DNA of 64,000 nucleotides from the human T2T-CHM13v2.0 reference genome, Homo sapiens. The position numbers were made by a program, and so were the translations under genes. The notes beneath the pieces were generated by a model that was given only the letters and a program-made list of their open reading frames with translations, was not told the origin of the DNA and did no database searches. Positions 30,381 to 44,105 of this stretch are shown here, piece by piece (the first letter of the stretch is position 1; each line of letters starts with the position of its first letter). Location of the stretch: the NCBI RefSeq assembly GCF_009914755.1, contig NC_060941.1; one strand, given 5' to 3'.

Positions 30381-31044
30381 TCACACAGCGTTCAATTTCT
30401 CAGTCAAAACGAGCACTCTCTGGATATGCCCATACCTCTACGTCACTGGGACCCTAACTCCCACCTTGTCTACACTTCTCCTTTCATAGGGTGGGATGGA
30501 AGTGGGTAGAGCAGGTGAAGATAAACAGGGGTCCAGGATCTGCAGCCCCAGCTGGGGCCCATCTCCCTAAAACACACAAACTCTTCCAGACAGGACACGG
30601 GTTCAAAGTAATCTGTCCACATCTGTGCCTTCCATTCCTTCCTTTTCCTTTTCCTTTTCCTCTTCTATATCTCAGCTCCCTTTTCCTCCATTATTTGAAT
30701 ATAAATCCCCAAGAAATCATGAGGCCTTTATAGCCGAGCCTCCTGCCATCCATTGGTAACCTTGGTTTGTGGTCATGCTGTGGCTAAGAAGTTTGCCAGG
30801 AGATAAAAACCAAGGATCAAAATTAACCTCCAGGGCAGGAGTGAGAGAGGGCTTCAGCAGAGATCGGGAACTAATGGTCCACCCAGGCTCACACACTCCA
30901 GCAGCCACCCTGCTGGAAGGAAGAGGCCTCAGTAAGCTCTGAGATGTATGGTCTTGCCTGCACTGCCAGGCAGACAGGGGACCCACAGCTTATTACCAAA
31001 GACAGACCCTGGGGGCAGGCATAGGTGACAGGTGAGCCACATGG

Positions 31045-31885
31045 AATACTTCATTCGACAAATAATTATTGAGTGCCTCCTATGTGGCAGACACCATTCT
31101 GCAAGCCTGGGATGCGTCAGTGGACACCACCAACATCTCTTCTCTAAGGAGCCGACATGTTTCTGGGAGGAGACAGCACATTCAATGAATCGGCAATTTG
31201 TGTGGTTCGAAGAACAATGCTAAAAACAAAGCAGGAGAAAAGAGACCAGGACTGTGGTTATGATTTTAAAGAGGATGGCCAGAATAGGTTTCACCAGGTG
31301 ACATTGAGCAAAGACATAAAAAAGGAGGAATCAGATCATGCAGGGCCCTAATGGACATGGGAATGAATCAGGTTTTCCTTCGAGTAAAATTGGAGGCCAT
31401 TGACTTACAATTTAAAAGGATCATTCTGGTGCTGGGCTGAGAACAGACTGCCGGGGGCAGGAAGACCCATTAGGGGGCCACTGCAGTTACTCAGGTGAGA
31501 GATGAAGGCGGCTTGGACCAAGAGGATGAAAGTGAAGGAAGCAAGAAGAAGTATTCAGATTCTGGATATGGTTTGAAGATAGAACCAAGAGAATCTCCTA
31601 TGAAATTGAACACCAGTGAGAAAAAAAAAAAAAAAGAGCTTGAGTCGTTGGAATAATGGAATTCCATCAACTAAGATAGGGGGTTGGCTGGGGAGGGAGA
31701 AGCTAGGGGAGAAGATGGAAGTTCAGTTGACATAGTAAACTTGAGTGTTCACTGAACATCTACATGGGAGACATGAAGGAGGTTGTTGGAATTTGAAAGA
31801 GACATCTAGGCTAGAGATAAAAAGTAGGGAGACACTGACAGATAACCAGTATTTGAAAAAGTAGGATAGCTGAATGAGCTTGGGA
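31045..31885 (-). mobile_element. L2 fragment
   Basis: cattcgacaaataattattgagtgcctcctatgtg (L2 3' end, reverse) and tttaaaaggatcattctgg...caggtgagagatga. Confidence 0.75.
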
Positions 31886-32289
31886 ATTTCTATATTCTCA
31901 GCACCTAAAAATGGTTTTGGTAGAGCAAAGCCGTTCACTCAGTAAAGGCTGTGTTGAATGGAATGAGTCAGTTCTAGCTGCAGGTTCCCTTCAACTTAGC
32001 CTGTGCTTTCAAGCAAATCACTTGACCTCTCAAAGCTGTTTTTCTTCTTTGTAAAGTGTAAATGAGAGTAGCGACATGCAAATGATCTGCACTTTGTGAA
32101 TTCTAAGACAGTATACATGTGCGAAGGATGAAAAAGGAAAAAGCTCCCTTCCCTTGCTACTTCTGTGCTGAGGCTCTTGCCTTAGGTGATTATGCTGAAA
32201 TTCTAGGACTAGAAGGCCTTTCTCCTTTGGTCTGGGACCAAGATGTCCCACAAGCTTCCTGTCTTAAGCTGAGACCCTGTTAGAGAAGG

Positions 32290-32886
32290 GGCTGAAATGT
32301 TCATGAAGCATCTATTGTTACAGTTCACCTCTTGGGAGGTGGGGCTTGGGGAGGTGGAATAGAGACTTCACAGCCTTTTACTTCCCATCACCTCAAGTGA
32401 AAATCCCTTCTCGTGCACACTGTCAGGTCTTGGCTGGAACAGTGGTTGAAAACATATGCCTTGAGAGTGTGGAATGATGAACAGTGGGGCTCAAAGGAGG
32501 GGAGGGAGGAGGGTGGGATGTTGGAAGGTTGCTTAGTGGTTACAATGTGCGGTGCTCCAGTGATAGATACTCTGAAAGTCCTGATTTCACCACAGTGCAA
32601 TATATCAATGAAGCAAAATTGCACTTGTACCCCATGAATATATACACATTTTTTACAAAATTAAAATGTTAACAAAAGCCATATGCTTCAGCATCAGACA
32701 GCCCTGGTTCAAATGTCTTTGCTGCTTGCTAAACCTGACCAGAGGAAAGTTATAAACTAATGGTAATAATACCCGTCTTTCCAGGCTGTCCGGAAGATAA
32801 TTATGTGCCTAACAGATGCTAAGTGCTCAGTAAGTATTAGGTCTAGTAATATTGTAACATGGGTGATTTTTATGACTTTAGAACTG
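32290..32886 (+). repeat. Copy A of a 597-bp local direct duplication (unique DNA plus an L1MA 3' end inserted in a MIR)
   Basis: Colinear with 37896-38492; about 38 differences by manual count (about 94% identity). Confidence 0.95.
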
Positions 32887-33942
32887 GGGCTGCCTGGACA
32901 CCCTCTGATCTGGCCTCGGAGTCTGCTTGGACAGGCATTTAAGGCAGCATCCCATCACCACGTCTTACAGCCCAAGATGGGAAGACCTTGGCTGCCCTGT
33001 TAGTGCCTAATGAGATTCTATTTTCAGCTGAGATCCAAGCTGAGGGTTTCATTGCTCCTTCTGAAACAAGTGTAGTTGATAAACTCTCTTCCAGTCACCT
33101 GCCCTGGACAGATCACAGTGGCCGCCCCACAAATCCTGGAGAAGCCATCCCGGGAAGTGAGGTAGGCATTATGCCCACTGTGTATTAAAGGAAAGCCAAT
33201 CTCCTTAAAGGATCAACAACAAAGATTCCAAACAGGTACAAACACACAGAACTTTCTGCAAAGGTCTGCAATACAGCCAGTATTGAGGCAATTTGTAACA
33301 GGGATTTACATGAGATGAGGCTGTTCCACGGTAGAACAATCTAGGCCAAGAACAGCCAAGAACACAAAAGATGGGCAGCAGATTCCAGACTACGAAATAA
33401 AATGCGAATTAGGAACTAGAACCAATGCTTTGAACCACACTAAACATGTTTCTAAAATTCCTGGGGAGCAGAAACCACGTACAGTCATCCTTAACTACTC
33501 TTTTGCTTCTCCTCACCAATTTCCAAATTAAAAAACCCTTCCAGTCACAGCTCGAGAGAATCTCAGCGTACAAACCTCTCCAACCTTCGTGGTGTTCAGA
33601 TCCTGACGCACAGGATGGGCAAATTAAATGAGCAGCATGGACGCTTTTATAACACACATAATCACCTCTCTTATTGGGTGGCATATTCGACACTACTTCC
33701 TTCCGTGACCATAAGCAAATGGCACTGATCTTTCTACTTAATGTTGGCCAACAGTCTCGGCCAATACTTTTCCTATGCTGACAGCTGTGATCATTGCCTG
33801 AGACCTTCTTTATTATTATTCTTCCCCCTCCTAACTCCTCATCCCACCCCCAACCATAAATATTAAGTACCTACTATCACCAAGAAAAGAGAGCCCATCC
33901 CCTGGAAGAATGTGTATTCTAGTGAGGAATAGGATGGGTTAA

Positions 33943-34318
<376 letters not shown>

Positions 34319-34574
34319 GCCGCAGAGGCCAGATCTTTAAGGAGGTATGGAAGATAAACATTCAAGTAAACGACCACTCATTACTTTTTCAAATGTTAGA
34401 GCTGAACAAGTATAAGTCAATCTCTTATGTAAAAAAAATGCCAGTCTTTTGAGTTAAAAGAAATCTTAGTTACACTCAAGTGAGGGCAGAAATCCTTCCC
34501 ACAGCATCTCAGAATTATTTATTTAAATAAAAATTTACAGCAAGTACTCCATGTACTTATTTTTTAAAAATATA

Positions 34575-34833
34575 TTTTTCTTGAGACAGAGTCTGTCTCT
34601 GTTGCCCAGGCTGGAGTGCAGTAGCACAATCAGAGCTCATCACTGCAGCCTCATACTCTTGGGCTTAAGCAATCCTCACACCTCAACCTCCTAAGTAGCT
34701 AGGACCACAGGCACCCGCCACCATGCCTGGCTAATTTGTATCTTTTATCTGTAGAGCAGAGGTCTCATTACATTGCCCAGGCTGGCCTTGAACTCCTGGG
34801 CTCAAGCGATTTTCCTGCCTTAATTTCCCAAAA
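34575..34833 (-). mobile_element. AluJ, abutting an L1MA 3' fragment (about 34850-34960)
   Basis: Diverged Alu followed by atgggtacataatgggtatatacatttatggggtacatgtgatattttgatac. Confidence 0.8.
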
Positions 34834-35106
34834 TGTCTATTTGTATTATTTTAAAAAATGTTTATGGGTACATAATGGGTATATACATTTATGGGGTACA
34901 TGTGATATTTTGATACAGGCATACAACGTGTAAGAATCACATCAGAGTAGCTGGGGTATCAAGTAATCATCTTAACATTTGAATAAAAATATGTGTATAT
35001 GCCTGTGTGTGTGTCCTTATAAGAAATTAAGAGAAATTTCAATGAGGAGCATGAAAGTATAGTTCAATGATAGATTTTGAATTGTATAGAGACATAAAGC
35101 TCTTAC

Positions 35107-35177
35107 GCAAGTTGGGCAATAGCCTTATCCAAATGTAGCTTCATTCTTTCTTGACAACACAGAATAGTATCAACTTC
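35107..35177 (-). CDS. TEKT3: TEKT3 coding exon 3 (gene exon 5; EVDTILCCQERMKLHLDKAIAQLA)
   Basis: 71 nt, phase 0/2. Acceptor attgagtag|GAA, donor TGC|gtaaga. Needed to keep frame with the next exon; absent from the ORF track. Confidence 0.95.
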
Positions 35178-37043
35178 CTACTCAATTGGAAAAAAAACAT
35201 ATTAATGTTTTCATTATTGAATATAACACTCAAAATCAACAATGTAACAAACATCAATGAAGGAAAATTTTGTTTCTTAAAATACTGTGAAGTTAAACAA
35301 GAAAACAATTTTGCTTCCACTTATTTATCTACATGCTCCATGATACTGGAATCTAAATATCAGACTAAGATGCAGCCTTCATAGGTCGGTCCATGGGGAA
35401 ATTATATTATGGAACAAGTGGGGACATGGTTAAAATTTTAGGATTTTTCTCTCTTTTTATCCCTGTCCTTAATTAAAACAGTAAAAAAAAAAAATTCTGG
35501 TAATATACAAGGTCAAATTTAAATGCACGGCTTCTTCTATAACAGCTGTTCTTCCAAGACAAAGTAAGTCAGGGAGGAAAAAAGCACAACCAAAAGAAGC
35601 TTCTCTCTGGCAGTACATGTATCCTCCAGAAGACAGTGCTTGGGTCCAAACATGGAGGCTGACTTCCACCCTGGGAGGTCGCCCTCCGGTCCTGCTTGTG
35701 TACTGCAGCCCAGCTCCTGTCCTTGTACAAACACCTGTGCTAGCCAGGCCTCTCTACTGGACCACACACGTTGCCTTTTGATGCTGCTAGGATGTATCCA
35801 CTAGCCCATAACATGTCAGAGACTATTAAATCAACATTTATTTCCCCCTTGAAATTTCTATGCACGTTAGAAAATGTAGCACATTATGTATGCACATTAG
35901 AAAAGTGCACATTGTTACTGTTATCATTTTCTCAGCCAAAAAGTTGTCATACTATGCATACTGCTTTGGGACATTTTAAACTTGAACATTTTCTCATGAC
36001 ATTAAAAAGTACTGTGATGAATGACCTTGATCAATATTTAGACACCACCGAAGAGTATGCCTTTTTCCAAGGTTTTGACAAGTACAGCCAAATTGCCTTT
36101 CAGAAAAGTGGTACTCATTTACAACAACAAATGAACACGTGTTTTCTTGTCTTGCCCAGCAAGTGGCCACTGTTACTCCTTTCCATCTTCACCAGTGTGA
36201 TGGAACCACACCCCCACCACCCCACCAAAAGCAGCAAACCTGCCTAAATTTGCAAGCTGATATTATGAGTATTCATTTGTTCACCATTTGCCTTTTTTGC
36301 TTGTGTCAACTACCTGTTCACATGCTTGTCCACTTTTTCTGTCATTTATTTTTTCTTTTTCATTTGTGAGGGTTATAAACATGTTTAAAATTCAGTCTTT
36401 TGTGTTATATATGTCACAATTTTTTTAATCAATTTGCCTTTGGTTTTATAAATGTGCGTGGTGCTTTTGATATAGATGTTTCTGATTTCTATGATATCAA
36501 ATCTATCAAATATATCTCCTTTTGGTTTCTGCCTTTGTTACTTAGACAATAAAGGCCTTCACCACTCCAATATGAAGTATTACTCACCTATGTATTGTTC
36601 TTCTTTTATTGTTTAATCGTTTAGTATAAAAATATCAAATATGTCTAGAGTGATCACCCTACTGTCTGGTTGTTTGGTATCTGAATTAATGGAATAAAGG
36701 AAGAGCTAAATTCCCTTCACACATTGACACCAACATTCTCCCTGCCTTGACAAGCAGGCAAGATTTCCCAGCCTCACAGTAGGTTGTGCATCAGTCTTAG
36801 TATTTTTGTGTTCAGTTTTTATCTTTCTCAGTGCCTCATGAGTATGTGTACCTGTGTGTACTTTGATGAAATTTTAACAAAAGATGCATGGAGTCCTGCT
36901 TAGAAAGGACCATTTAAAACCCCAAATTGTGTTTTTATCCCTTGTGTACACAAAGCACAGAGTGGAAATTCTTAGGACTTTTAGTGAGGGAAAAAAAATG
37001 CATTTAATGAGACTCTTGCTGTAAAAAATTCCTACAACAATAA

Positions 37044-37338
<295 letters not shown>

Positions 37339-37895
37339 AACAATAATTTTTATATGTGAATTTAAATAATGTCATATGATGAATGCCAGATGGTTGGAGG
37401 CAGAAGGGTTCACAAGAATACAAAAAGCCCAAAGCCAAAGGCCTCTGGCACTGTCCCCAGTGCTAACTTATCCTTCCATCTGTACCCATACATGGAGGTG
37501 GCCTTGAAATACCACAATACAGCAAAAGAAGGACAAAGCATTCCCTCACCTGCCCAAGAGAAGAAAGTTGCAAAAAGGTGGGGGATACACACAGAAAGCA
37601 GAAGCGTAGGAAGAGCCTTCATCTAACTAGATCTCTGGCTGCTGCCTCACACCTAAGGAAGTGAACCGTACATTTAGGAGCCTGGAAAATGGGTCCAACA
37701 TTTCCAGATCCCTGACTTAGGGAGAAATTACAGGCCCCATGAGTTACAGGGTCACACTGACTTCATTGAGCTTCTCAGATTGCAGTGACTAAAGTGATTA
37801 AAATGCAGTTTCATCTGTGGGGCTTTGGATGAAAACAAAACATGGAATCATGTCCAGTTGCTTGAAGAACCTTGAATGCATCCTACTATTTGAGC

Positions 37896-38492
37896 GGCTG
37901 AAATGTTCATGAAGCATCTGTCGTTACAGTTCACCTCTTGGGAGGTGGGGCTTGGGGAGGTGGAATAGAGACTTCACAGCCTTTTACTTCCCATCACCTC
38001 AAGTGAAAATCCCTTCTTGTGCACACTCCCAGGTCTTGGCTGGAACAGTGGCTGAAAACATATGCCTTGAGAGTGTGGAATGATGAATAGTGGGACTCAA
38101 AGGAGGGGAGGGAGGAGGGTGGGATGTTGGGAGGTTGCTTGGTGGTTAAATGTGCGTTGCTCCAGTGATAGATGCTCTGAAGGTCCTGATTTCACCACAG
38201 TGCAATGTATCAATGAAGTGAAATCGCACTTGTACCCCATGAATATATACACATTTTTTACAAAATTAAAATGTTAACAAAAGCCACAAGCTTCGGCGTC
38301 AGACAGCCCTGGTTCACATGTCTTTGCTACTTGCTAAACCTGACCAGAGGCAAGTAATAAACTAATGGTAATAATACCCATCTTTCCAGGCTATTGGGTA
38401 GATAATTATGTGCCTAGTAGATGCTGAGTGTTCAGTTAAGTATTAGGTCTCGTAATATTGTAACATGGGTGATTTTCATGACTTTAGAACTG
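37896..38492 (+). repeat. Copy B of the 597-bp local direct duplication
   Basis: Begins ggctgaaatgttcatgaagcatct and ends atgactttagaactg, like copy A; offset 5606 bp. Confidence 0.95.
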
Positions 38493-39939
38493 AATCCTCA
38501 TGTAAGATGTGGGCTCTGCTATACTGTCAGCTGAGGAATATGCACCACATCACAGAAACATTGAGTTGCAGCCACAAATGTGGATGAGTGCTGACCCCGC
38601 GCTGTGGCCTGAGTTGTGGATATAAAATCATTACTTGGATGTCCTTGTTAAACCCAGACCCTGCTCCCACAGGTTGAGGCTTTATATGTGGTTCTATTTA
38701 CCTGTGTTAACTGAGTCTTTTTACATCTTGGGAAAGTGGGTAAACCTCCTGTCTAACAGGTGAATGGGCTACTGAAATCAAATCTTCAAAGTCAAGCTGC
38801 AAGCCTGAATTGAATCTAGCTAATAAGCAAATACCACCTATAGGTGCAGATATTTCATTTCCACATACAATGCTTTTTAATGATAGATTCACCAAATATT
38901 CTTGTCTTCTCACTTATCCTTGAGTATAGTGAGCAGAGGCATTTCCTTTCATTAGAGATCTGCATTCTCAGTATTTATTCCTGAGTTCAGCCAAGATGAC
39001 CCATCAGCTACCCTTTCTGGCATGGCTGCTTGTGAGAAGCTTCTGGTCCCACAACCTGCTTAGAGGCAGAAACCTAGGTGAGGAGTATAGTTCTTATTGC
39101 TGGGGGTGAGAGCCCACCCAGATCCTCTTTCCGTGCTGGTTGCAGGATTTCTATTCAATCCTGTCCTTAGAGGAGAACCGCCTTGGACTGGACTGGGCTG
39201 AAATGCTGAAACGTCTCTCCAGCAGCAGGTCTGACATCTCTGGAACTCATTGGTTGCATTCTCAACAAACGTCTGAGGCTGGAGTATTTTTGCTTTCTGC
39301 TTCTGCAGCATGGAGGAAGGAAAAGCCTCTTGTGGGAAGGAAACTGGCCAGCTGGGGCCAGGCCCAGAGCCCCAGCCTGAGTTCTGAGCAGCTGTCTCAG
39401 TCCCCATCCCAGAGCCAGACCAGGGCAGGCTGCAGGGTAGATGACTTTGCAGGTTCATTTGGCTCCAAAGTCCAAGGAGTCAGTACGGTCTGGGAGTGCT
39501 AAGAAGATAGTACCATGATTGCCTCCCCAACAGAAGCCATCCTGTAAGAATTTATCAATTATCACCGACTGAACGTAATAGTCAACAGAATTCAGCAGAA
39601 TTCATAAGAAAATATTTCGTTGCATCCATGTTTTTCAAAGGTAGGTCTTTTAAGGCTACTTCTTTCCTTTGCTAATACACATTTAATTATTCTAAAAATT
39701 AAGACCTACTTTGGTAAAAAATAAAACATATGCCAATATCAATACCTTGAGTAAGCCACAGAATGCATTCACTACTTGAATTAACTGGCAATGACCGAAG
39801 CTCCTCCCTCAATTCATGAACCATTACTCTAATTGCACATTCAGTTTTTTGAGATAAAGCCACCACTGTCAGGTTTTTGAGATAAAGGACCCCCCTGCTA
39901 CTGACCTAGAAACTAGAAACCTCTAATGCAGTGGTTCTT

Positions 39940-41480
39940 GTTTTTAAGAAACAGCTTTGTTGAGATATAATTCATAGACCATATAATTCACTTGTTTAAA
40001 GTGTGCAGTTTGATGGTTTTTAGTACATTCGCCGAGTTGTATAATCATCACCGGAACCAAATTTAAAACATTTCCATTACCTTCCAAAGAAATCATGTGC
40101 CCATTAGCTGTCACCCACAATTTCCAATCCCCCAAGCCTCCTTTCATAATAAGCAACCACAAACCTACTTATAGTCTCTATAGATTTCCCTATTCTGGAA
40201 ATTTCATATAAATGGAATTACCATATGTGGTCCTTTGTGATGGCTTCTTTCATGTAGCATAATGTTTTCAATATTCATCCATGTTATAGCAACAGATAAG
40301 CACATCATTCCTTTTTTTTGGCAGAATAACCTGTTGTATGACTATCTTACATTTTACTTTTCCATTCATCAGCTGATAGACATTTGAGTTGTTTCTACTT
40401 TTTGGCTGCTATGAATAATGTTGTTATAAATATCCATGCACAAATTTTTGTTTGGGCATATGTTTTCTTTTCTCCTGGAATGATGCTTGGGAGTAGAACT
40501 ACTGGATCCTATGGATCATACAGGGTCATTCATGCTTAAGCATTTTCCAAAGGATTTGCCTCATTTTACACTCCCATCAGCAATGTATTAGGGTTCTAAT
40601 TCCTCCACATTCCAGCCAACTTGTTATTTTCTATATTTTTTATTAGAACTATCCTCATGGGTATGAAGTCATATTTCATTGTGAGATCCTTTGCCCATTT
40701 TTAATTGGGTTGATTTTTTTTAATTGTGACAGTTATTTATATATTCTACATACAACTCTTTTCACTTTGTTGCTAGTGTTCTTCAAAATACATTTTTAAT
40801 TTTGATGATGTCCAGTTTATCTGCTTTTCCTTGTGTTGTTTGTGCTTTTGATATCACATCTAAAAAACTGTTGCCTATTCCAATGTCACGAATATTCATG
40901 CCTATGTTCTTTTCTAAAAGTCTTACAGTTTTAGCTCTTATGTATAGGTCTTTGATCCCTTTTGACTTAACTATTTTGTATGTTTGATTTGGAATCCAAC
41001 TTCATTCTTTCGCATGTGGATATCCAATTGTCCAAATACCATTTGTTGAAGACACTCTTCCCATTGCATTGCCTTGGCATCATTGTCAAAGATCAATAGA
41101 TGGTAAATGTGATGGTTTATTTCTCAACTCTCAAATTGTGTCCATTGTTAGGCAGGTACTACACTGTCTTACATATTGCAGCTTTATAGTAAGTGTTGAA
41201 ATCAGGAGGTGTGAGTCCTCCAACTTTCTTCTTTTTCCATATTATTTTGGCTATTCACTATCCTTTGAATTTCTATATGAATTTTAGGATCAGCTCACCA
41301 ATTTTTACAAAGAAGTCAGCTGGGATTTTGATAGGAATTGTGTTGAGTCTATGAATCTAGTTGAGAAATATTGCCATCTTAACACGAACATCCATGTTTA
41401 TGGATGTTCCCATCCATAGACATGATATGCCCATTTATTTAGGTCATCTTTAATTTCTTTCAGCAATATTTTGAATTTCT
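39940..41480 (-). mobile_element. L1MB-type 3' portion, inserted into a MER5 element
   Basis: cagctttgttgagatataattcata...ttcatataaatggaat...ccaacttcattcttt.gcatgtggatatcca. Confidence 0.85.
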
Positions 41481-41489
41481 GAGGCACTT

Positions 41490-41662
41490 GTTCTTTACTC
41501 TGCCTAGTCATTAAGATTACCTGGGGGATATTTTAAAAAGATCAATGCCTAGTCCCCACTGCAGATTTGAATCAGCATCTCTGGGTGTGGGACCCAGCCA
41601 TTGATATTTTTAAAATCTTTGCCAGGTGATTCTAACATGTAGTCAGGTTTGAGAGCCACTAC
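41490..41662. mobile_element. MER5-type hAT element (its left tip, cagtggttct, is at about 39929)
   Basis: attacctgggg...gaatcagcatctctggg...ccaggtgattctaacatgtagtcaggtttgagagccact. Confidence 0.75.
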
Positions 41663-43265
41663 TCAAGTAATGGAAACACTAAATGTAGCCAAGTACCAAA
41701 AAAAATCTGTTGGAAATATCATAGTGTGTTTGTGGGCAAGGTGATGAAGTTAAGCTGTTAGAACTGCCTTGTAATTTATTTCATACAGAACATCTCAGGA
41801 TTAGTGAGAACAAAAGACCACAGGAGAGATGATGGTAAATTCCTATCCAGTTAGGATGACAAAGTAGGTGACAGATTATTTTAAGGCTTGTGAGATTCAT
41901 CAAAGCCTGGGAAAGAAGAAACAGAAGAGTGGAGACCCATCACTGCAAAACTATTTCATTCAGAATGTTCTATTTCTAACCACTCCTGTCCGGCAATAGG
42001 GACAGTGACTTTTACAGTAGATTACAAAACCTTTCTGTAGTAGCCAAAGCTTTCCTGAGTATATTATTTCAACTCAGAGTTCTCTCAGAGAACCAGACAG
42101 TAGAGGAAAGGAAAGAGCAAAGAAAAAAGTCTGCTTGTCATCTTTAATGTCATGGGTCACTAAGAAAATGTAAGTGATGTTAAAGCAGGGTGTTGATGCC
42201 GTGTGGGGATAAAACTACTCTGAGGACTCGGCTGCTACCTTGTCATACTTACTTTCCTACCAAGGACTCAATTCTCACCAAGGACCAATTAAAAAGAGGC
42301 GAAGAGGTGTGACCCTGCAAAGCTTGTGCAGGGACAGAGAAGATGGATTCACTGCAGCAGAAATTCTGTGAAATTAGACAGGGAAATGAAGCTGAGAAAT
42401 GAGGAGGGAGTCAGACAAGAGAGGCCTTAGTGGATTTTTCTCCTGCAGAAATTAGGGAGTCAAGGAAGAGTTCATAGCAGAGGGAAGAAACTCATGAGAA
42501 TGTATAGGATAGATCCAAGGGAAACTTGGGGAAGGAAAGGTGCTTTGGAATTTCTTATCAACCAGGTATTTTTTTAAAGAGCTGGAAATGGATTAAAGGA
42601 GTTTGGGAGACAACGGGCAGCAAGCCATGGTGATGAAGGAACACTGGTACCATCAATAGAAAGGGACAGGCAATAGGCTAAGCAGGCTTTATGAATGTGA
42701 ACCAGAAGAAAAAAAGTTACCAAGCTAAAAAATGTTTGGCAAGTACTTAGGAATGAAGAACTAATGCTTTATAAAGTGCCTGGGCTGAAAAAAGAGATTG
42801 GGAAGGGCTCCAGGTACATGATACTTGAAATCTTAAGAAATGATAGAGATCTGTGGTAGCAAGTCTAAGAAGTGAAGATCAGAGAAATTAGAACTAAACC
42901 AGATTTAATTGGTGGAAGGTGGAAGAGAGATTAGCGGGAGATCAGCAGAGTAGTGCAGATGCAACTGTAAGTTTCTGGATGGCAATTTGGCTACATATCA
43001 AAAGCTTTCAAATGCATAGAACCTTTGGCACAACAATTACACTTCCCAAAATATATTCTAAAGAAATAATCAGGAGTAACTACAGTTATCAGTAATAATA
43101 TTTTTGTATACTGCAGTGCTATTAAAATAGGAAAACAAAGGAGTGGGATAGGGAAGCAACCTAACTATATAAGAGATGATTGATTGAAAAAAAAAAAAAA
43201 GATAGCACCTTTACATTGTAGAACACTGCCTAACCATTAAAAATCATGTCTTAAAAGAATATCCA

Positions 43266-43617
<352 letters not shown>

Positions 43618-43985
43618 TCAAATTTATAAATACAATGATCTGAATCTTGGAGACATATCTGAGCATCATTGTGTGAGTTAGGTGGTGCCTATCTAAGAAT
43701 GATTAATAAAAAGATGCAACGGAATGGTAGAAAAAAAAGCATGATTAATAAAAAGACTGAAATACTCCAAAATTAATAGTGATTTCTGTCTAATAAAGCT
43801 TCAAGTGATTTTCATCTTTATTTACTCGTTTGCATTTTCATATTCTCATTGAATATATGTTATAACCAAGAAAAACATGTCTTTGCTAAATGCTATCAGC
43901 ATCTGATACGATAATGCTTTACTTATAAGTCATTTTATGTAACATCCTTTTTTGCTTCTACATATTCAACATACATTTACAACTA

Positions 43986-44105
<120 letters not shown>

